A stretch of DNA of 64,000 bases from Candidatus Marinacidobacterium sp. (GCA_965220965.1 OZ244852.1:1056001-1120000); one strand, 5' to 3'; positions 38,756 through 49,140 are shown, counted from the first letter of the stretch. The notes: generated by a model not told the origin, from the letters alone. Numbers and translations: made by a program.

Positions 38756-39564
38756 CGGGTCTCCGGCAAGCGTCCAGCCTCGCGTTCGCGGCGGCGCTCT
38801 GTTCCGCCGCGATGGCCGCCGCCCAGCCCGCATCGGGGCCCGACGCCGCCCGGCTCTACGACGAGGGCGATTTCGCCGGCGCGCTCGCCATCTGGCGGGA
38901 GCTCGCGGACAACCCCGGGAGCGGACTCGATCCGGCGCCGCTCCACTACAACATGGGCAACGCCGAGTTCCGCTCGGGCCGGCTGGGCCAGGCGATGCTC
39001 CAGTGGGAGCGCGCGCTCCTCCATCGCCCCGGTGACGAGGATGCGCTCGCGAACCTCGAACTGGCCCGCGGGATCCTCGATCAGCGGCTCGCCGACGAGG
39101 CGTCGTCGGGGGAATCGAACGCTTTTGCGCTTGAATTGCTAGGTTCCATGGAGGGTTTCGTGGCCGATCTGCGGCGCGTTCCGCCGGTTCGGCTCGCGAT
39201 AGCGCTTGGGGCGACGGCGCTGTTGGCCGGAGGATGCCTGACGCTCGCGCTTCTCGGCCGCGGCCGCCGCCGGCTGGTGGTCGCCGCGCTGGCCGTCTCG
39301 CTCGCCGCCACCGCCGCGGTTCTCACGATCCTCCGGATCCGCGTCGCCGCGCCGCCAGTGGCGGTCGTGGTGGAGGCCGGCGCCGCGCTCAGGAGCGGTC
39401 CGGGCCCCACGTTTCCGCAGCTCGCCGCGCTCCCCGAGGGCTTCTACCTCGAGCTCGACGAGTCCGGCGTCGAGGAGGCCCGCGGCTTCCGGCGAGTGAT
39501 CGCCGCCGGTATCGTCGGCTACGCCGACAGCGCCTCGGTCGTCCCGGTGGTCGAGGCGCCATGA
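38752..39564 (+). CDS. batE: BatE TPR+SH3 protein
   Basis: LHYNMGNA.FR.G.LG.A...WERAL...PGD.DA.ANL, TM helices, LRSGPG SH3-like tail. Confidence 0.85.
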   Translation: MTGLRQASSLAFAAALCSAAMAAAQPASGPDAARLYDEGDFAGALAIWRELADNPGSGLDPAPLHYNMGNAEFRSGRLGQAMLQWERALLHRPGDEDALANLELARGILDQRLADEASSGESNAFALELLGSMEGFVADLRRVPPVRLAIALGATALLAGGCLTLALLGRGRRRLVVAALAVSLAATAAVLTILRIRVAAPPVAVVVEAGAALRSGPGPTFPQLAALPEGFYLELDESGVEEARGFRRVIAAGIVGYADSASVVPVVEAP

Positions 39565-39577
39565 TGAGGAGACCGCC

Positions 39578-40912
39578 ATGACGAATCGAACCTCTCGCCG
39601 CGACTTCGTTCTCCAGGGCGCCGCCGGCGTTCTCGGCGCCGCCCTCCCCGGCCGGCTTCAGGCGGCCACCGGGGCGCGGCAGCCGGGTGAGGCGCCGATC
39701 CGCGAAGAGCGGATCAACGGGTGGATGGAGGTTCTCGCCGGGATCGGCCCGGGTCCGGAGGGCGGACTCTCCCGGACGGCGGGGACCGACGCTGACCTCG
39801 CTTCGCGAGCCGCCTACGCTGGCTGGCTTCGCGAGGCCGGGCTCAGCGTGCGCACCGACCTCGCCGGGAACCTGATCGGACGGCTCGAGGGCGCCGAGCC
39901 TTCGCTCCCGCCGCTCCTCACCGGCTCGCATCTCGACTCGGTGCCGCGCGGCGGCGTCTATGACGGCGTCGCCGGCTGCGTGGCTGCGCTGGAGACGGTC
40001 ACCGCCTTCCGCGATTCCGGCATCCGGCTTCGCCATCCGCTCGAGGTCGCGGTCTTCTTCAACGAGGAGAACGGCAAGACCGGAAGCCGGGCGCTCGCGG
40101 GCGAAGTGACCGCCGAGGAAATGGATCTGCCGGTTCACGGCGGGATGACCCTCGGAGAGGCCCTCGCCCGCTGCGGAGGATCTCCCGACCGGATCGGTGA
40201 AGCGATCCTCGAGCGCGGCGCCTATGCGGGTTTCCTCGAGCTCCACATCGAGCAGGGGCCCACGCTCGACGCCGGAAGGGTCGACATCGGCGCCGTCGAG
40301 GGCATCGTCGGGATCCGCCGGTTCCGCGTCCGGGTGAGCGGCTTCGCCAACCACGCGGGGACAACCGAGATGCGGATCCGCCGCGACGCGATGGTGACCG
40401 CGGCGCGCTTCATCGCCGCGGTGAACGACGAGACCGTCGGGCGTCCCGGCCGGCAGGTGGCCACCGTGGGACAGATCGAGGCGCATCCGGGAGCCGCGAA
40501 CGTGATCCCCGGAGAAGTCGAGTTCACGCTTGAGATCCGCGACCTGAGCATGGAGGTCATCGCGTCCCACTACGAGCATCTCCAGCAGGTCGGGGCGGAG
40601 ATCGCCGCGAGGAACGACACCCGGATCCACTTCGAGCCCTACTACCTGAGCCGCGCCGCCCCGTGCGACCCGGCGCTCGTGGACCTGGTTCACGCGACCG
40701 CCGATGAGCTCGGAATGGGACGGACCCGTCTGCCCTCGGGGGCGGGACACGACGCTCAATCCATCGCGGTGGTGGCGCCCATCGGGATGATCTTCGTGCC
40801 CAGCAAGGACGGCATCAGCCACTCGCCCCGGGAGTTCACCGAGGCGGCTGACATCGCGAACGGCGCCCGGGTGCTCACCGAGGCGATCCGTCGTCTCGAC
40901 CGGCTCGCCTGA
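39578..40912 (+). CDS. Zn-dependent M20 amidohydrolase (N-carbamoyl-L-amino acid/allantoate hydrolase family) with Tat signal
   Basis: SRRDFV; GSHLDSVP.GG.YDG, NEE, ELHIEQG, NHAGTT.M, SGAGHDAQ, ISHSPRE. Confidence 0.9.
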   Translation: MTNRTSRRDFVLQGAAGVLGAALPGRLQAATGARQPGEAPIREERINGWMEVLAGIGPGPEGGLSRTAGTDADLASRAAYAGWLREAGLSVRTDLAGNLIGRLEGAEPSLPPLLTGSHLDSVPRGGVYDGVAGCVAALETVTAFRDSGIRLRHPLEVAVFFNEENGKTGSRALAGEVTAEEMDLPVHGGMTLGEALARCGGSPDRIGEAILERGAYAGFLELHIEQGPTLDAGRVDIGAVEGIVGIRRFRVRVSGFANHAGTTEMRIRRDAMVTAARFIAAVNDETVGRPGRQVATVGQIEAHPGAANVIPGEVEFTLEIRDLSMEVIASHYEHLQQVGAEIAARNDTRIHFEPYYLSRAAPCDPALVDLVHATADELGMGRTRLPSGAGHDAQSIAVVAPIGMIFVPSKDGISHSPREFTEAADIANGARVLTEAIRRLDRLA

Positions 40913-40968
40913 ACCGGAGAACGCGCCGCCGGCGCTCGCCGGGGGCGCCGCTGTTATTTTCCGGGGCG

Positions 40969-42105
40969 ATGGCGACGCCCGCCCCGCGCCCGGGAGCGAC
41001 CTGGACCCGGCGAGGCTTCCTGAGCGGCCGCCAGACGCTGCGGGTCCGGGTCGGGCTGGTCACCGCCGCGGTCTACGCCGATTGGGTCCGCGATTACCGG
41101 TCCGGGCGGTTCATCGAGACCGCGCGCAAGGTGAGCGAGCGCGCCGCCGAGGAGCTCCGCGACGCCCAGCGGGGCTACCTCCGGTCACTCCCGGCCCGGG
41201 ACGATCCCCGGGGGTTCCGCGCCCGGGTGGCGGCCGCTGCGCTCCAGGCCGAGGCGATCGCCAGTTTCGGCTGGAACCAGAGCAGCGACATCCGCCTGCT
41301 CCGGGAACCGTGCGACTCGCTGCCGGATCGCTGGATCGCGGGTCTGCCGCCCTCCATCCGCGCGGACGCCGGCGTCGCGTGGGGGGTGCGCGCCACCTAC
41401 GATCCCCGCCGCGTCATGCTGCGCGAGGTGGCGCTGGCCGCCGCCCGGCCCCGCTTCGCCATCCTCGCGCTCCCTGACGCCTCCCGCGTCCTCGACCAGG
41501 CGTCGGGGAACGATCCGGCGATCCTCTGGCAGGCGACGGCGGTCCGGGCGTTCCAGGCGCGCTACCTGCGCGCCCGGCGCCAGTGGGACGACGTGCGGGA
41601 CATGCTCTCGCCCGGCGCCGAGGAGGAGTTCATCCCCGAGGCCGCCGGCCGCGCCTCCCCCCGGATCGTGGCGCGGGCGATGAGCGACCCGGACGACCGG
41701 AACCTGCGCCTGGCGCTCGTCGCGCTCGGGATGAACCGCCGCTCGCTGGCCGAGGAGCACCTGAGCGCGGTCCGCGCCGAACCCTGGGAACCGCTCCGGG
41801 CGCCGCGCCGCCTGCTCGAGGGAGAGGCGCTCATGAAGCGGAGCCAGTTCGCGAGCGCCGCCGAGGCGTTTCGGGCCGCGAGGACATCGGCCCCGACATC
41901 CCAGCCGGCGGCCGCCGCGCTCGCGGCGGCGCTCCAGGCGGCGGGCCGCTGGGAGGAAGCGGGGGAGCTCGCGCGCGACTGGCTTCAGGGCGAAACGGCC
42001 AGCCGCATCACTCCGTCGGAGCACCCGTGGCTTGCGTTCCTGACGACCTGGGCGGTGGCGGACGCCTCCGAATTCACGTGGCTTCGCAACCTCGTCCGAG
42101 CCTGA
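40969..42105 (+). CDS. TPR-like helical protein, cassette 1
   Basis: Ala/Arg-rich helical repeats, C-terminal HPW..F; TRRGFL near the N-terminus; TG-n-TATTTT box upstream. Confidence 0.6.
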   Translation: MATPAPRPGATWTRRGFLSGRQTLRVRVGLVTAAVYADWVRDYRSGRFIETARKVSERAAEELRDAQRGYLRSLPARDDPRGFRARVAAAALQAEAIASFGWNQSSDIRLLREPCDSLPDRWIAGLPPSIRADAGVAWGVRATYDPRRVMLREVALAAARPRFAILALPDASRVLDQASGNDPAILWQATAVRAFQARYLRARRQWDDVRDMLSPGAEEEFIPEAAGRASPRIVARAMSDPDDRNLRLALVALGMNRRSLAEEHLSAVRAEPWEPLRAPRRLLEGEALMKRSQFASAAEAFRAARTSAPTSQPAAAALAAALQAAGRWEEAGELARDWLQGETASRITPSEHPWLAFLTTWAVADASEFTWLRNLVRA

Positions 42106-42968
42106 CGGCGACGGCGGCTGCGCTGAGCGCCGTCCTGCTCGCAGCCACCGCGGCGGCCCAGTTCCGGGTCGAGACCCGGGTCGTGCTGGTGGACGTCTCG
42201 GTCACCCGCTCCGGCCCGGTGCGGGACCTGACCGAGGCCGATTTCGAGCTGCGGGTGGACGGGACCCCGACCGAGTTCCGCCTCCTGGATCCCGAGTCGC
42301 TTCCGCTCGCCACGCTCTTCGCCATGGATGTCAGCGCCAGCACCGCCGGAGACCGGCGCCGACGCCTCGCGGCTGGCGCCAGCCGCTTCTCCGACGCGAT
42401 GACCGCCCGGGATGTGTGCGCGGTCGTGGCCTCCTCGATGGAGACCCGCTTCGTGCGGGACTTCGAGCCCTGCGAGGCGGGCGTCCAGAGCGATGTTCTG
42501 GCGCGCGCTCCCCGGGGGGCGACGGCGCTGTGGGACGGCCTGATCCTCTCGCTCGCCGCGCTCCGCACCCGTTCGGAGCGACCGGTGCTGCTCATCTTCA
42601 CCGACGCCGTGGACAACCTGAGCTGGATCCGCGAGGACGATCTGCGGAGGGCGGTCCGGGGTTCGGAGGCGCTGATCTACGCCATCGTGGCGCCGGCGCC
42701 GCGAAGGTCGGCGGCGGTGCGCGTCTCCGACGACGGCTCGCGACTGCTGCGCGACCTGACCAGCGCGACCGGCGGTCGGCTCCTCACGATCCGCTCGGAC
42801 GAGGGGCTGGAAGAAGCCTTCGACGAGATCCTCGCCGAACTCCGCGTGCGCTATGTCCTCGCCTTCACGCCGGAACCGGGACGGGAGGGGTACGTCCCCC
42901 TCGAAGTCCGGGTGAACCGCCCCCGCGTCCAGGTCCGCGCCCGCGACGGCTACACCGCGCGTCCCTGA
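42078..42968 (+). CDS. Secreted VWA domain protein (acidobacterial VWFA-related type), cassette 1
   Basis: QFRVETRVVLVDVSV, DLTEADFEL..DG, MIDAS DVSAS, GATALWD, FTD, YVLAFTP, VRARDGY. Confidence 0.85.
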   Translation: MASQPRPSLTATAAALSAVLLAATAAAQFRVETRVVLVDVSVTRSGPVRDLTEADFELRVDGTPTEFRLLDPESLPLATLFAMDVSASTAGDRRRRLAAGASRFSDAMTARDVCAVVASSMETRFVRDFEPCEAGVQSDVLARAPRGATALWDGLILSLAALRTRSERPVLLIFTDAVDNLSWIREDDLRRAVRGSEALIYAIVAPAPRRSAAVRVSDDGSRLLRDLTSATGGRLLTIRSDEGLEEAFDEILAELRVRYVLAFTPEPGREGYVPLEVRVNRPRVQVRARDGYTARP

Positions 42969-43016
42969 GCGCGGCGCCCGGGCGCCCGGCGAAAGGGCCG
43001 GAGTCCTGACGTCCGC

Positions 43017-43454
43017 TCAGCCCGCGACCGGCTCGCCGGCGAGGCGGGCGGTCCACGCAAAGCGGGTCTCGCGGTTCAGGCTGTGGAGCACGCTGCAGTA
43101 CTTGTCGAAGGACAGCGCGACCGCGCGGTCGAGCCGCTCGGGAGTCACCGCGGCCCCCTCGGCTTCGAACTCGAGCGTGACCTGATCGAAGCTGCGCGGG
43201 TGCTCGTCGCGGCGGGTTCCCGCAACCCGGCCGGTGAGGCGGTCCGGCTCGGCGCGCATCCGCTGGAGGATCATGACGATGTCGATCGCCATGCACCCGG
43301 CGAGCGCGGCGAGGAGCGCCTCCATCGGGGAGGGTCCCGCCTGCGCGTCGCTGTCGAGCGTCACCCGGGCGTCGGACGGGGTGGTCACCGAGTAGGTGGT
43401 CCCGCCGTCCCAACGGATCCCGATCTCCATGTTGGTTTTCCGGTCGGCCGCCAT
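43017..43454 (-). CDS. OsmC-family protein
   Basis: GPSPMEALLAALAGC...KYCSV. Confidence 0.9.
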   Translation of the reverse strand: MAADRKTNMEIGIRWDGGTTYSVTTPSDARVTLDSDAQAGPSPMEALLAALAGCMAIDIVMILQRMRAEPDRLTGRVAGTRRDEHPRSFDQVTLEFEAEGAAVTPERLDRAVALSFDKYCSVLHSLNRETRFAWTARLAGEPVAG

Positions 43455-43463
43455 GATCTCCCC

Positions 43464-44705
43464 CTAGCGTTCCCGCCGGAGCACGAGCACCGCGTTCGTC
43501 CCCCCGAACCCGAAGGAGTTCGAGAGCGCCCACTCGGCGTCGGTGGCCGTCGGCGCCAATACCGGCGGGTACTCCTCGAGTTCCGGATCGAGCGGCTGGG
43601 CGTTCACCGAGGGGGCGAGCCAGCCTTCGCGCAGCATGAGCAAAGTGAAGGCGGCCTCGAGCGCGCCCGCCGCCGAGACGGTGTGGCAGGTGTAGCCCTT
43701 CGTTGACGAGTAGGGGACGAGCCGCTCCCCGAACACCCCCCGGATCGCCCGCACTTCCGAGGGGTCCCCGAGCGGCGTCGAGGTGCCGTGGGTGTTGATG
43801 TAGCCGATCCGCTCCGCAGGCAGCCGGGCGTGCCGCAGCGCCCGCCGCATCGCCAGACCGGCCCCCTCGGCGTCCGGCGCGACCATGTTGCCGGCGCCGT
43901 CGGAGGACATCCCGTAGCCGGCGATCACGCCGAGGATCTCGGCGCCGCGCCGCTCGGCCGACTCCCGCGACTCGAGCGCGAACACTCCGGCGCCCTCGCC
44001 GAAGATGAAGCCGGCGCGATCGGCGGCGTAGGGCCGCGAGGCCTTCTCCGGCCGGTGGTTGTCCACCCGGGTGTAGGCCCGCATCGAGTCGAACCCCAGA
44101 TGGAAGTGGACATCCTCGGCTTCGACCCCGCCGGCGAGGGCGTGGTCCACGACCCCCTCCCGGATCCAGCCGGCCGCGACCGCGATGTTGTAGCCGCCGC
44201 CGGCGCACGCCGCGGTCGCCGAGAACGACGGACCCCGCGCCTTCAGGAGGGTGGCCAGATTCGCGGAGGGAGTGGAGGCCATGATCTTGGGGATCGTCGT
44301 CGGCGACACCCGGACCCGCCCGCCGCGATCCACCCGCCGGACGACCTCCCGGTGGGTCTCGATCTCGCCAGTCCCGCTGCCGACGACGACCGCGGCGTCG
44401 CGGGTCGGCATCCCCGACTCTTCGAGCGCCATGCGCGCCGCCGCCACCCCGAGCAGCGACATGCGCCCCATGAACCGCGCCTGGGAGCGGTCCACCCCCA
44501 GGTCCTTCGGGTCGAGCGCGTCGCGATAGGCGCCGACGAGCTGGCACCCGGTGCCGAGCTCGACGCCCGGCTGGTAGACCGAACAGGGGACCTCGGTCCC
44601 CGCGCGCAGGGTCTCGCGGTGGACTTCGACCCCGGTCCCGACCTGCGACAGAAGGCCCATCCCGGTGACCACCGGGTCCCGGGGCGAAAGCGAAGGATCG
44701 GTCAA
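43464..44705 (-). CDS. Beta-ketoacyl-ACP synthase (FabF/FabB-like)
   Basis: VVTGMG, TAACAGG, SRPYAADRAGFIFGEGAG, INTHGTSTPLGD, SNSFGFGGTN. Confidence 0.92.
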   Translation of the reverse strand: MTDPSLSPRDPVVTGMGLLSQVGTGVEVHRETLRAGTEVPCSVYQPGVELGTGCQLVGAYRDALDPKDLGVDRSQARFMGRMSLLGVAAARMALEESGMPTRDAAVVVGSGTGEIETHREVVRRVDRGGRVRVSPTTIPKIMASTPSANLATLLKARGPSFSATAACAGGGYNIAVAAGWIREGVVDHALAGGVEAEDVHFHLGFDSMRAYTRVDNHRPEKASRPYAADRAGFIFGEGAGVFALESRESAERRGAEILGVIAGYGMSSDGAGNMVAPDAEGAGLAMRRALRHARLPAERIGYINTHGTSTPLGDPSEVRAIRGVFGERLVPYSSTKGYTCHTVSAAGALEAAFTLLMLREGWLAPSVNAQPLDPELEEYPPVLAPTATDAEWALSNSFGFGGTNAVLVLRRER

Positions 44706-44807
44706 GACGGCGGCGGGCGACTGGGGTGACTAGCGCGGCGGGCGCGCCGTTTGCTTGTCGGTACGATACTTCGTTCCCGCCGCGAGACCTTCGCAAAACC
44801 CTCCTCC

Positions 44808-45812
44808 ATGCTCTCCGCTTCGATGCTTCGCCTCCTGCCCGCCGTCCTGCTCGGGTCGTTCCTGCTCGCGCCGGGTCCGGCCCACGGCCAGCCCCGACTC
44901 GATGGGGACCGCTACCTCGCGCTTCTCGGCGAGACCCGCGGCGGCCTCTTCATCACCTCGGGCCGGGCGCTCGCCGGCTACGCCGGCGCCTCGGTCGAGC
45001 CGGTCGTCGAGGGGTTCCTCGCCTCGGGACCGCAGCCGCTCGTTCTCAGGACCGCCGCCATCCTCCACACCGAGGCCGCCTTCCTCTCGAACGCCGCCGC
45101 GGAGGTCCACCTCGAGATGGCGCGGCGCCTGCTTCGCGCGCTTCCCGACCCGGCGGACCGGGAGGCCTGGCTCCGGCGGTGGTGGCTCGCGGTCTGTTAT
45201 TCGTACCACGTCTCGCTGAACTCCACCGCCGGCGTGGCCGCGTTCGACAGCGCCCTCGAGGATCTCCCCGGCGACCGCGAGATCCGCATCGCCCAGGCGG
45301 CGATGCTCCAGATGGCGGGCCGGCAGCGCGAGGAGACCGCCTACCTGATCGCGGGCGGGAACGCCCTGCTCGCGCTCCTCGAGGAGACGCCCGAGGACGC
45401 CGACCTCCGGGTCCGGGTGGCGGCGGTGCGGCTCGATCTCGGCGACCCGGACAGCGCCGAGGCCGAACTCGAGCGCCTGGGCGACGCCCGCCTCACGCCG
45501 CTCACCCGGGTCGCCTCGATGCTGATCCGCGGCGAGATCGCGCTCGCCCGCGAGCGGTGGGAAGAGGCCGAGAACCACTTCGCCTCGGCGGTGCGACGGG
45601 CGCGCCGATCCCCCGCCGCGGTCTCGGGCCTCGTCACCGCCCGCCTCGCGCTCGGGGACGCCGCGGGCGCAAGCGAGGCCGCCTTGGCCCTTCTCGACCG
45701 GCCCGCCGTCGGGTGGGAGCCCGAGTGGCAGTACTGGCTCGGCCCGGCGCTCGATTTCCAGGAGATGTTCAACGAGATGAAGGCCGAGATCCGCGCCGCG
45801 GGGCAGCCGTGA
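44808..45812 (+). CDS. Secreted TPR-like helical protein, cassette 2
   Basis: Signal peptide ending AHG-Q; AAILHTEAA, helical repeats, C-terminal EPEWQY. Confidence 0.7.
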   Translation: MLSASMLRLLPAVLLGSFLLAPGPAHGQPRLDGDRYLALLGETRGGLFITSGRALAGYAGASVEPVVEGFLASGPQPLVLRTAAILHTEAAFLSNAAAEVHLEMARRLLRALPDPADREAWLRRWWLAVCYSYHVSLNSTAGVAAFDSALEDLPGDREIRIAQAAMLQMAGRQREETAYLIAGGNALLALLEETPEDADLRVRVAAVRLDLGDPDSAEAELERLGDARLTPLTRVASMLIRGEIALARERWEEAENHFASAVRRARRSPAAVSGLVTARLALGDAAGASEAALALLDRPAVGWEPEWQYWLGPALDFQEMFNEMKAEIRAAGQP

Positions 45813-46798
45813 CGCCCCGCCTCCGGCGGACGCCGGTTCTCCTCCCCGCGTCCATCGTCCTCGGCATCGCCTCCGGCGCGGCGGCGCAGAACGAGGGGGC
45901 GCCCTCCGCCCCCGCCGAGGTCCGGGTGGAGGTCCTCGTCGAGGACGGCGACCGGCCCATCGAAATCCGGGACGCCGCGAACCTCTCGCTCCTGGTCGGC
46001 GAGACCCCCGTCCCGTTCGAGTGGACTCCGGACGAACCGCTGTCGGTCGCGGTCGTGTTCGACCTGAGCTCGAGCGTCACCGGGGACCGGCTGCGCGCGG
46101 CGGTCGCCGGCGCGCAGAGCCTGTTCGGGGCGCTCTCCGGCGAGGACCGCTGCGCGCTCCTGACCTTCACGAGATCCACGAACCTGGTCTCGGGCTGGGA
46201 CGCCGGCTGCCCCGCCGCCGCGGCGGCCGCCGGGGAACTGCGCAGCGGCGGGCCCTCCGCGCTGAACAACGCCGTCCTCCTCGCGCTCGGGCTGCTCGCC
46301 GAGGCGCCGGGCCGGCCGGTGCTCGTGGTGTTCACCGACGGGGTGGACGGCGCGAGCTGGCCGCGCGACACCTGGCCGCTGGTCGCCGCCACCGGGCACA
46401 CCCCGCTCGTCATGGCGATCACCGCTCCCGCCGCCCGTGGGGCCGGCGGAGTCGGCGGGGTCTACGGCACGGTCAGCCGCGAGGACCTCGCGAACCAGAT
46501 CACCTTCGAGGGGCGGAACCTCCAGGACCAGGGCCGCGACCTCCGCGGCCTCCGCAACACGGACCCCTACTGGGCGCTCGAGGAGCTGGCGCGCCGCAGC
46601 GGCGGGGAACTGGTCCGCACCGACGGCGCCCCCGAGGCGCTCGAGGCCGCGCTCTCCGGGATCCTCGACGCGGTTCGCCTGCGGGCGTCGCTGCGCTTCA
46701 CCCCTCCGCCCGGAACCCCCGCCGGCTGGCATCCGCTCACGGTGCGCGCGAGCGTCGGAGAAGCGCGCCACCGTCCGGGGTTCGCCTGGCGGGAGTGA
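45809..46798 (+). CDS. Secreted VWA domain protein, cassette 2
   Basis: Signal peptide; PLSVAVVFDLSSSV, VVFTDGVDGASW, LARRSGG, GWHPLTVR; GTGA overlap. Confidence 0.82.
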   Translation: MTPRLRRTPVLLPASIVLGIASGAAAQNEGAPSAPAEVRVEVLVEDGDRPIEIRDAANLSLLVGETPVPFEWTPDEPLSVAVVFDLSSSVTGDRLRAAVAGAQSLFGALSGEDRCALLTFTRSTNLVSGWDAGCPAAAAAAGELRSGGPSALNNAVLLALGLLAEAPGRPVLVVFTDGVDGASWPRDTWPLVAATGHTPLVMAITAPAARGAGGVGGVYGTVSREDLANQITFEGRNLQDQGRDLRGLRNTDPYWALEELARRSGGELVRTDGAPEALEAALSGILDAVRLRASLRFTPPPGTPAGWHPLTVRASVGEARHRPGFAWRE

Positions 46799-47898
46799 GC
46801 CGGCTCCCCCCGGGCGGCCTTCGCGGCCGCGGCGCTGTCTCGAACCCCACCGCGCGGTTCGAGGCGGTCCGGGAAGAAGCGTTCGACGACGGCTGGACGC
46901 CGGACGAGGTCCCGGACCGGGTTCCCACCGAGGTCCTCTTCGACCGCACGAAGACGATCATCGCGAGGAACGACTCGCCCGACGTCCCGTTCGACCGGTC
47001 GGTGAACCCCTACCGGGGCTGCGAACACGGCTGCGTCTACTGCTTCGCCCGCCCGAGCCACGCCTGGCTCGGGTTTTCGCCGGGGCTCGACTTCGAGACG
47101 AAGATCATGGCGAAGCGGAGCGCGGCGGACCTCCTCCGCCGCGAACTCCGCCGCCCCGCCTACCGGCCGGCGCCGCTGGCGCTCGGATCGAACACCGACC
47201 CCTACCAGCCGATCGAGCGCGAGCTGCGCATCACCCGGGGCGTCCTCGAAGTGCTCGCCGAGGCCCGGCACCCCACCGGGGTCGTCACCAAGTCCGCGCT
47301 CGTGCTGCGGGACCTCGACCTGCTGGTCCCGATGGCCGAAGAGGGACTCGTCCGGGTCATGGTCTCGATCACGACGCTCGACCGGGAGCTCGCCCGCCGG
47401 ATGGAGCCGCGCGCCGCGACCCCCGGACGGCGGCTGGACACCGTCCGCGCCCTCGCCGAGGCGGGCGTCCCGGTCGGCGTGCTGGCGTCGCCGATGATCC
47501 CGGCGCTGAACGATCCGGAACTCGAGGCGATCCTCGAAGCGGCCCGCGACGCCGGCGCCGACGCCGCCGGCTACATCCTTCTGCGCCTCCCGCTGGAGAT
47601 CAAGGATCTCTTCGGCGAATGGCTCGAGACCCATTACCCGACGAAGGCCTCGCGGGTCGAGGCGCTGCTCCGCGACGCGCGTCAGGGCGCGCTCTACCAG
47701 GCGCGGTTCGGAGAGCGGATGAAGGGGCAGGGGCCCTACGCCGAACTCCTCGCCACCCGCTTCCGGGTCGCCGTCCGCCGGCTTGGACTGAACGCCGAGG
47801 CGCCTCCGCTCCGCGCCGACCGCTTCCGGCCGCCCCGCGCCCCCGGCGCTCCGCGTACCCTGTTCGACCCCGTGAAGGAGACCCCGCATGCGACCTGA
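46795..47898 (+). CDS. Radical SAM protein, PA0069/SplB-like family
   Basis: NDSPDVPFDRSVNPYRGCEHGCVYCFARPSH, GSNTDPYQPIE, LRLPLE. Confidence 0.92.
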   Translation: MSRLPPGGLRGRGAVSNPTARFEAVREEAFDDGWTPDEVPDRVPTEVLFDRTKTIIARNDSPDVPFDRSVNPYRGCEHGCVYCFARPSHAWLGFSPGLDFETKIMAKRSAADLLRRELRRPAYRPAPLALGSNTDPYQPIERELRITRGVLEVLAEARHPTGVVTKSALVLRDLDLLVPMAEEGLVRVMVSITTLDRELARRMEPRAATPGRRLDTVRALAEAGVPVGVLASPMIPALNDPELEAILEAARDAGADAAGYILLRLPLEIKDLFGEWLETHYPTKASRVEALLRDARQGALYQARFGERMKGQGPYAELLATRFRVAVRRLGLNAEAPPLRADRFRPPRAPGAPRTLFDPVKETPHAT

Positions 47899-49093
47899 CG
47901 CCCTCCTGCTCCCCCCTCTCGCGCTCCTGCTCGTCCCGCTGCTGTTCGCCGCCGCCGCGTTCGCCCAGGAGAGCCGTCCCCGGGCCCGGGACCTCGGCGT
48001 TCCCTTCGACGGCGCGCCGGGGCCGCTGAACGCGATCACCGACGTGGCGGGCATCGAGGTCGGCCACCACACGATCATCCGGGGCGAGGGCGCGCTCCGC
48101 GTGGGCGAGGGCCCGGTGCGCACCGGCGTCACCGCGATCCTCCCGCGGGGCCGCGAGAGCCGGGGGCGGGTCTTCGCCGCGTGGTTCACGCTGAACGGCA
48201 ACGGCGAGATGACCGGCACGACCTGGCTCCGGGACCGGGGCATCCTCGAGGGCGCGGTCATGATCACGAACACCCACAGCGTGGGCGCGGTCCACGAGGC
48301 CACGATCGCCTGGGCCCAGCAGAACCTCGAGGCGCCCGACTGGAGCCTCCCGGTGGTGGCCGAGACCTGGGACGGGTTCCTGAACGACATCAACGGCTTC
48401 CACGTGCGCGAGGAGCACGTCTTCGCCGCGCTCGACTCGGCGCAGGGCGGCCCGGTCGAGGAGGGCTCGGTCGGGGGCGGGACCGGGATGCGCACGTTCG
48501 GGTTCAAGGCCGGGATCGGGACCTCCTCCCGCCGGATCGAAGTCGCCGGGCGGACCTACACCGTCGGGGTCCTCGTCCAGTCCAACTTCGGGAGCCGCCA
48601 GCTCATGACGGTCGCCGGGGTTCCGGTGGGTCGCGAGATCCCCGATCTGACTCCCGAGCTGGGGCCGCACGACGCCCCCCGGCCGGAAGACGCGGCGGGG
48701 GATTCGGACCGCGACGGCTCGATCATCATCGTCGCCGCCACCGACGCCCCGCTCCTCCCGCACCAGCTCGACCGGTTCATCCGCCGCGCCTCGCTGGCGC
48801 TCGGCCGGGTGGGCAGCATCGCCTCGAACGGCTCCGGCGACATCTTCGTGGCGTTTTCCACCGCGAACATGGAAGCGGCCCACAACGAGGAAGGCGTGGC
48901 GCCGCTCGAGAACCTGGCCAACAACGACATCAACCCGTTCTTCGAGGCGATCGTCCAGGCGACCGAGGAGTCCATCGTGAACGCGCTGGTCGCCGCCGAG
49001 GACATGGTCGGGGTGAACGGCCGGCGGACCTACGCGATCCCCCACGACCGGCTCCGCTCCATCCTGCGCCGCTACAACCGGCTCATCGAGTAG
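47888..49093 (+). CDS. P1-family (DmpA-like) aminopeptidase, secreted
   Basis: RARDLG, NAITDVAG, RTGVTAILP, NGNGEMTG, EEGSVGGGTGM, autocleavage NGSGD. Confidence 0.92.
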   Translation: MRPDALLLPPLALLLVPLLFAAAAFAQESRPRARDLGVPFDGAPGPLNAITDVAGIEVGHHTIIRGEGALRVGEGPVRTGVTAILPRGRESRGRVFAAWFTLNGNGEMTGTTWLRDRGILEGAVMITNTHSVGAVHEATIAWAQQNLEAPDWSLPVVAETWDGFLNDINGFHVREEHVFAALDSAQGGPVEEGSVGGGTGMRTFGFKAGIGTSSRRIEVAGRTYTVGVLVQSNFGSRQLMTVAGVPVGREIPDLTPELGPHDAPRPEDAAGDSDRDGSIIIVAATDAPLLPHQLDRFIRRASLALGRVGSIASNGSGDIFVAFSTANMEAAHNEEGVAPLENLANNDINPFFEAIVQATEESIVNALVAAEDMVGVNGRRTYAIPHDRLRSILRRYNRLIE

Positions 49094-49140
49094 GCGCGGG
49101 AGCCGGGCGCCACGGCGGCGGCCCATAGACTCGCCAGATC

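Noticed and set aside
42102-42105. CTG start codons overlapping TGA stops (also 21203, 51898)
   Set aside because: Canonical GTG/TTG alternatives exist in frame nearby (42078, 21233, 51907), so CTG initiation is not required.
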